DNA from: a virus
Lineage: Duplodnaviria > Caudoviricetes
DNA length: 56,334 nt
Reading direction: 5' to 3' (one strand)
IMG/VR virus record: IMGVR_UViG_3300049926_000055
Coordinates: 1-56,334 of that record
Below, piece after piece: positions 55,386-56,334 of the stretch (its first letter is position 1; each line of letters opens with the position of its first letter). Under the pieces are notes generated by a model, which saw only the letters and a program-made list of their open reading frames with translations, ran no database searches and was not told the DNA's origin. Both the position numbers and the translations under genes were made by a program.

Positions 55386-56334
55386 CGACACGGCGCTTTG
55401 ACGTGCGCGCAGGTTCGACTGCAACTGTCGAAAAGTCACAGCGCCCCGGGCGCCCTGTGGCCCGACAGGCGCAGGGCCGGGCGGGCTGGTACCGCATCGA
55501 CAACCTCGGCCCGACATCGGCCGCGGTGTACGTGTACGACGAGATCGGTTATTGGGGCATCACCGCGGCGGACTTCGTTGCGGAGCTGTCCGAGCTGAAC
55601 GTCACCGCGATCGATCTGCACATCAACTCTCCTGGTGGGGAGGTCTTCGACGGGCTGGCCATCATGAACTGCCTGCGTGCCCACTCCGCGACGGTCACGA
55701 CCTACGTGGACGGGCTGGCTGCGTCGATCGCCTCGGTGATCGCGATGGCTGGGGACCAGATCGTGATGGGCCCCCACTCACAGCTCATGATCCATGAGGG
55801 CTCCGGGCTTTGTATCGGCGACGCCGACGAGATGCGCAAGATGGCCGACCTCCTCGACTTCCAGTCCAACAACATCGCCGGCGTCTACGCCGCGCGCGCC
55901 GGCGGCACCATCGACGAGTGGCGCACCGCGATGCGCACGGAGACCTGGTACACCGCCGAAGAGGCCGTCACCGCTGGGCTGGCTGACGAGGTCGCGCAGC
56001 GCCCCGCTACTGCCGCCCCGGCTGAGCCTGAGCCTGCGATGGCCGCACGGTGGGACCCCGAGCGGTACGGCTTCCGGTACTCCGGCCGCCCGGCCGCTCC
56101 GGCGCCGCCGCTGAACACGACCCCGGTCGAGCCAGCGCCTGCGGAGCCCGAGCCGGTGGTTGAGCCCGCCGCGCCGGAGCCGGTCACCCCCGTCGTGCCT
56201 GCGGCCGAAGCCCTCCCCGAAACGCCCTCGACCCCGGCAGCCTCCCCGGCCGACGCGGACGAGGACCCAGCCGGGGCCGACGGCACCCCCGAGCCCGCCC
56301 CGGCCCCGGCAACCACCCCCGAAGACCCCGAATG
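55382..56334 (+). CDS. ClpP-type prohead maturation protease (continues to position 99; ~343 aa)
   Basis: Not in the ORF track (no stop in window); HINSPGGEVFDG, DGLAASIASVIAMAGD, MIHE, ETWYTAEEAV..GLAD. Confidence 0.9.
   Translation, partial: MTTRRFDVRAGSTATVEKSQRPGRPVARQAQGRAGWYRIDNLGPTSAAVYVYDEIGYWGITAADFVAELSELNVTAIDLHINSPGGEVFDGLAIMNCLRAHSATVTTYVDGLAASIASVIAMAGDQIVMGPHSQLMIHEGSGLCIGDADEMRKMADLLDFQSNNIAGVYAARAGGTIDEWRTAMRTETWYTAEEAVTAGLADEVAQRPATAAPAEPEPAMAARWDPERYGFRYSGRPAAPAPPLNTTPVEPAPAEPEPVVEPAAPEPVTPVVPAAEALPETPSTPAASPADADEDPAGADGTPEPAPAPATTPEDPE

Noticed and set aside
56315-56334. Biological terminal repeat or cos end
   Set aside because: Lies mid-gene in the protease; best explained as assembler overlap

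Overview
The window is an apparently complete, circular genome (~56.3 kb, with a 20-nt overlap between the two ends) of a high-GC temperate siphovirus, most likely from Streptomyces or a relative. Gene order around the circle: terminase, portal (fused to a MuF-like domain), ClpP-type protease (wraps the window end), HK97-fold capsid, head-tail and tail genes, then lysis genes. Next come small regulators, an attP carrying the 3' half of tRNA-Arg(CCT), a tyrosine integrase and the immunity switch. These are followed by recombination and replication genes with an iteron-rich origin and many small early genes. The most unusual feature is an intact-looking, separately regulated Streptomyces-plasmid-type DNA transfer operon (43.3-49.6 kb) inside a phage with a full virion gene set. 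It encodes a DUF2637/Spd-like protein, a TraA-like protein, an FtsK/TraB-like translocase, an Spd-like membrane protein and a membrane-anchored Mrr-like nuclease, and it carries clustered cis repeats. This suggests a phage that may also spread by hyphal conjugation. Other notable items are a candidate multi-hairpin ncRNA beside attP, a nested gene with an apparent ATC start, and a toxin-less Phd / GIY-YIG-Phd pair facing the replication gene. All calls come from reading motifs by eye; no database searches were run.
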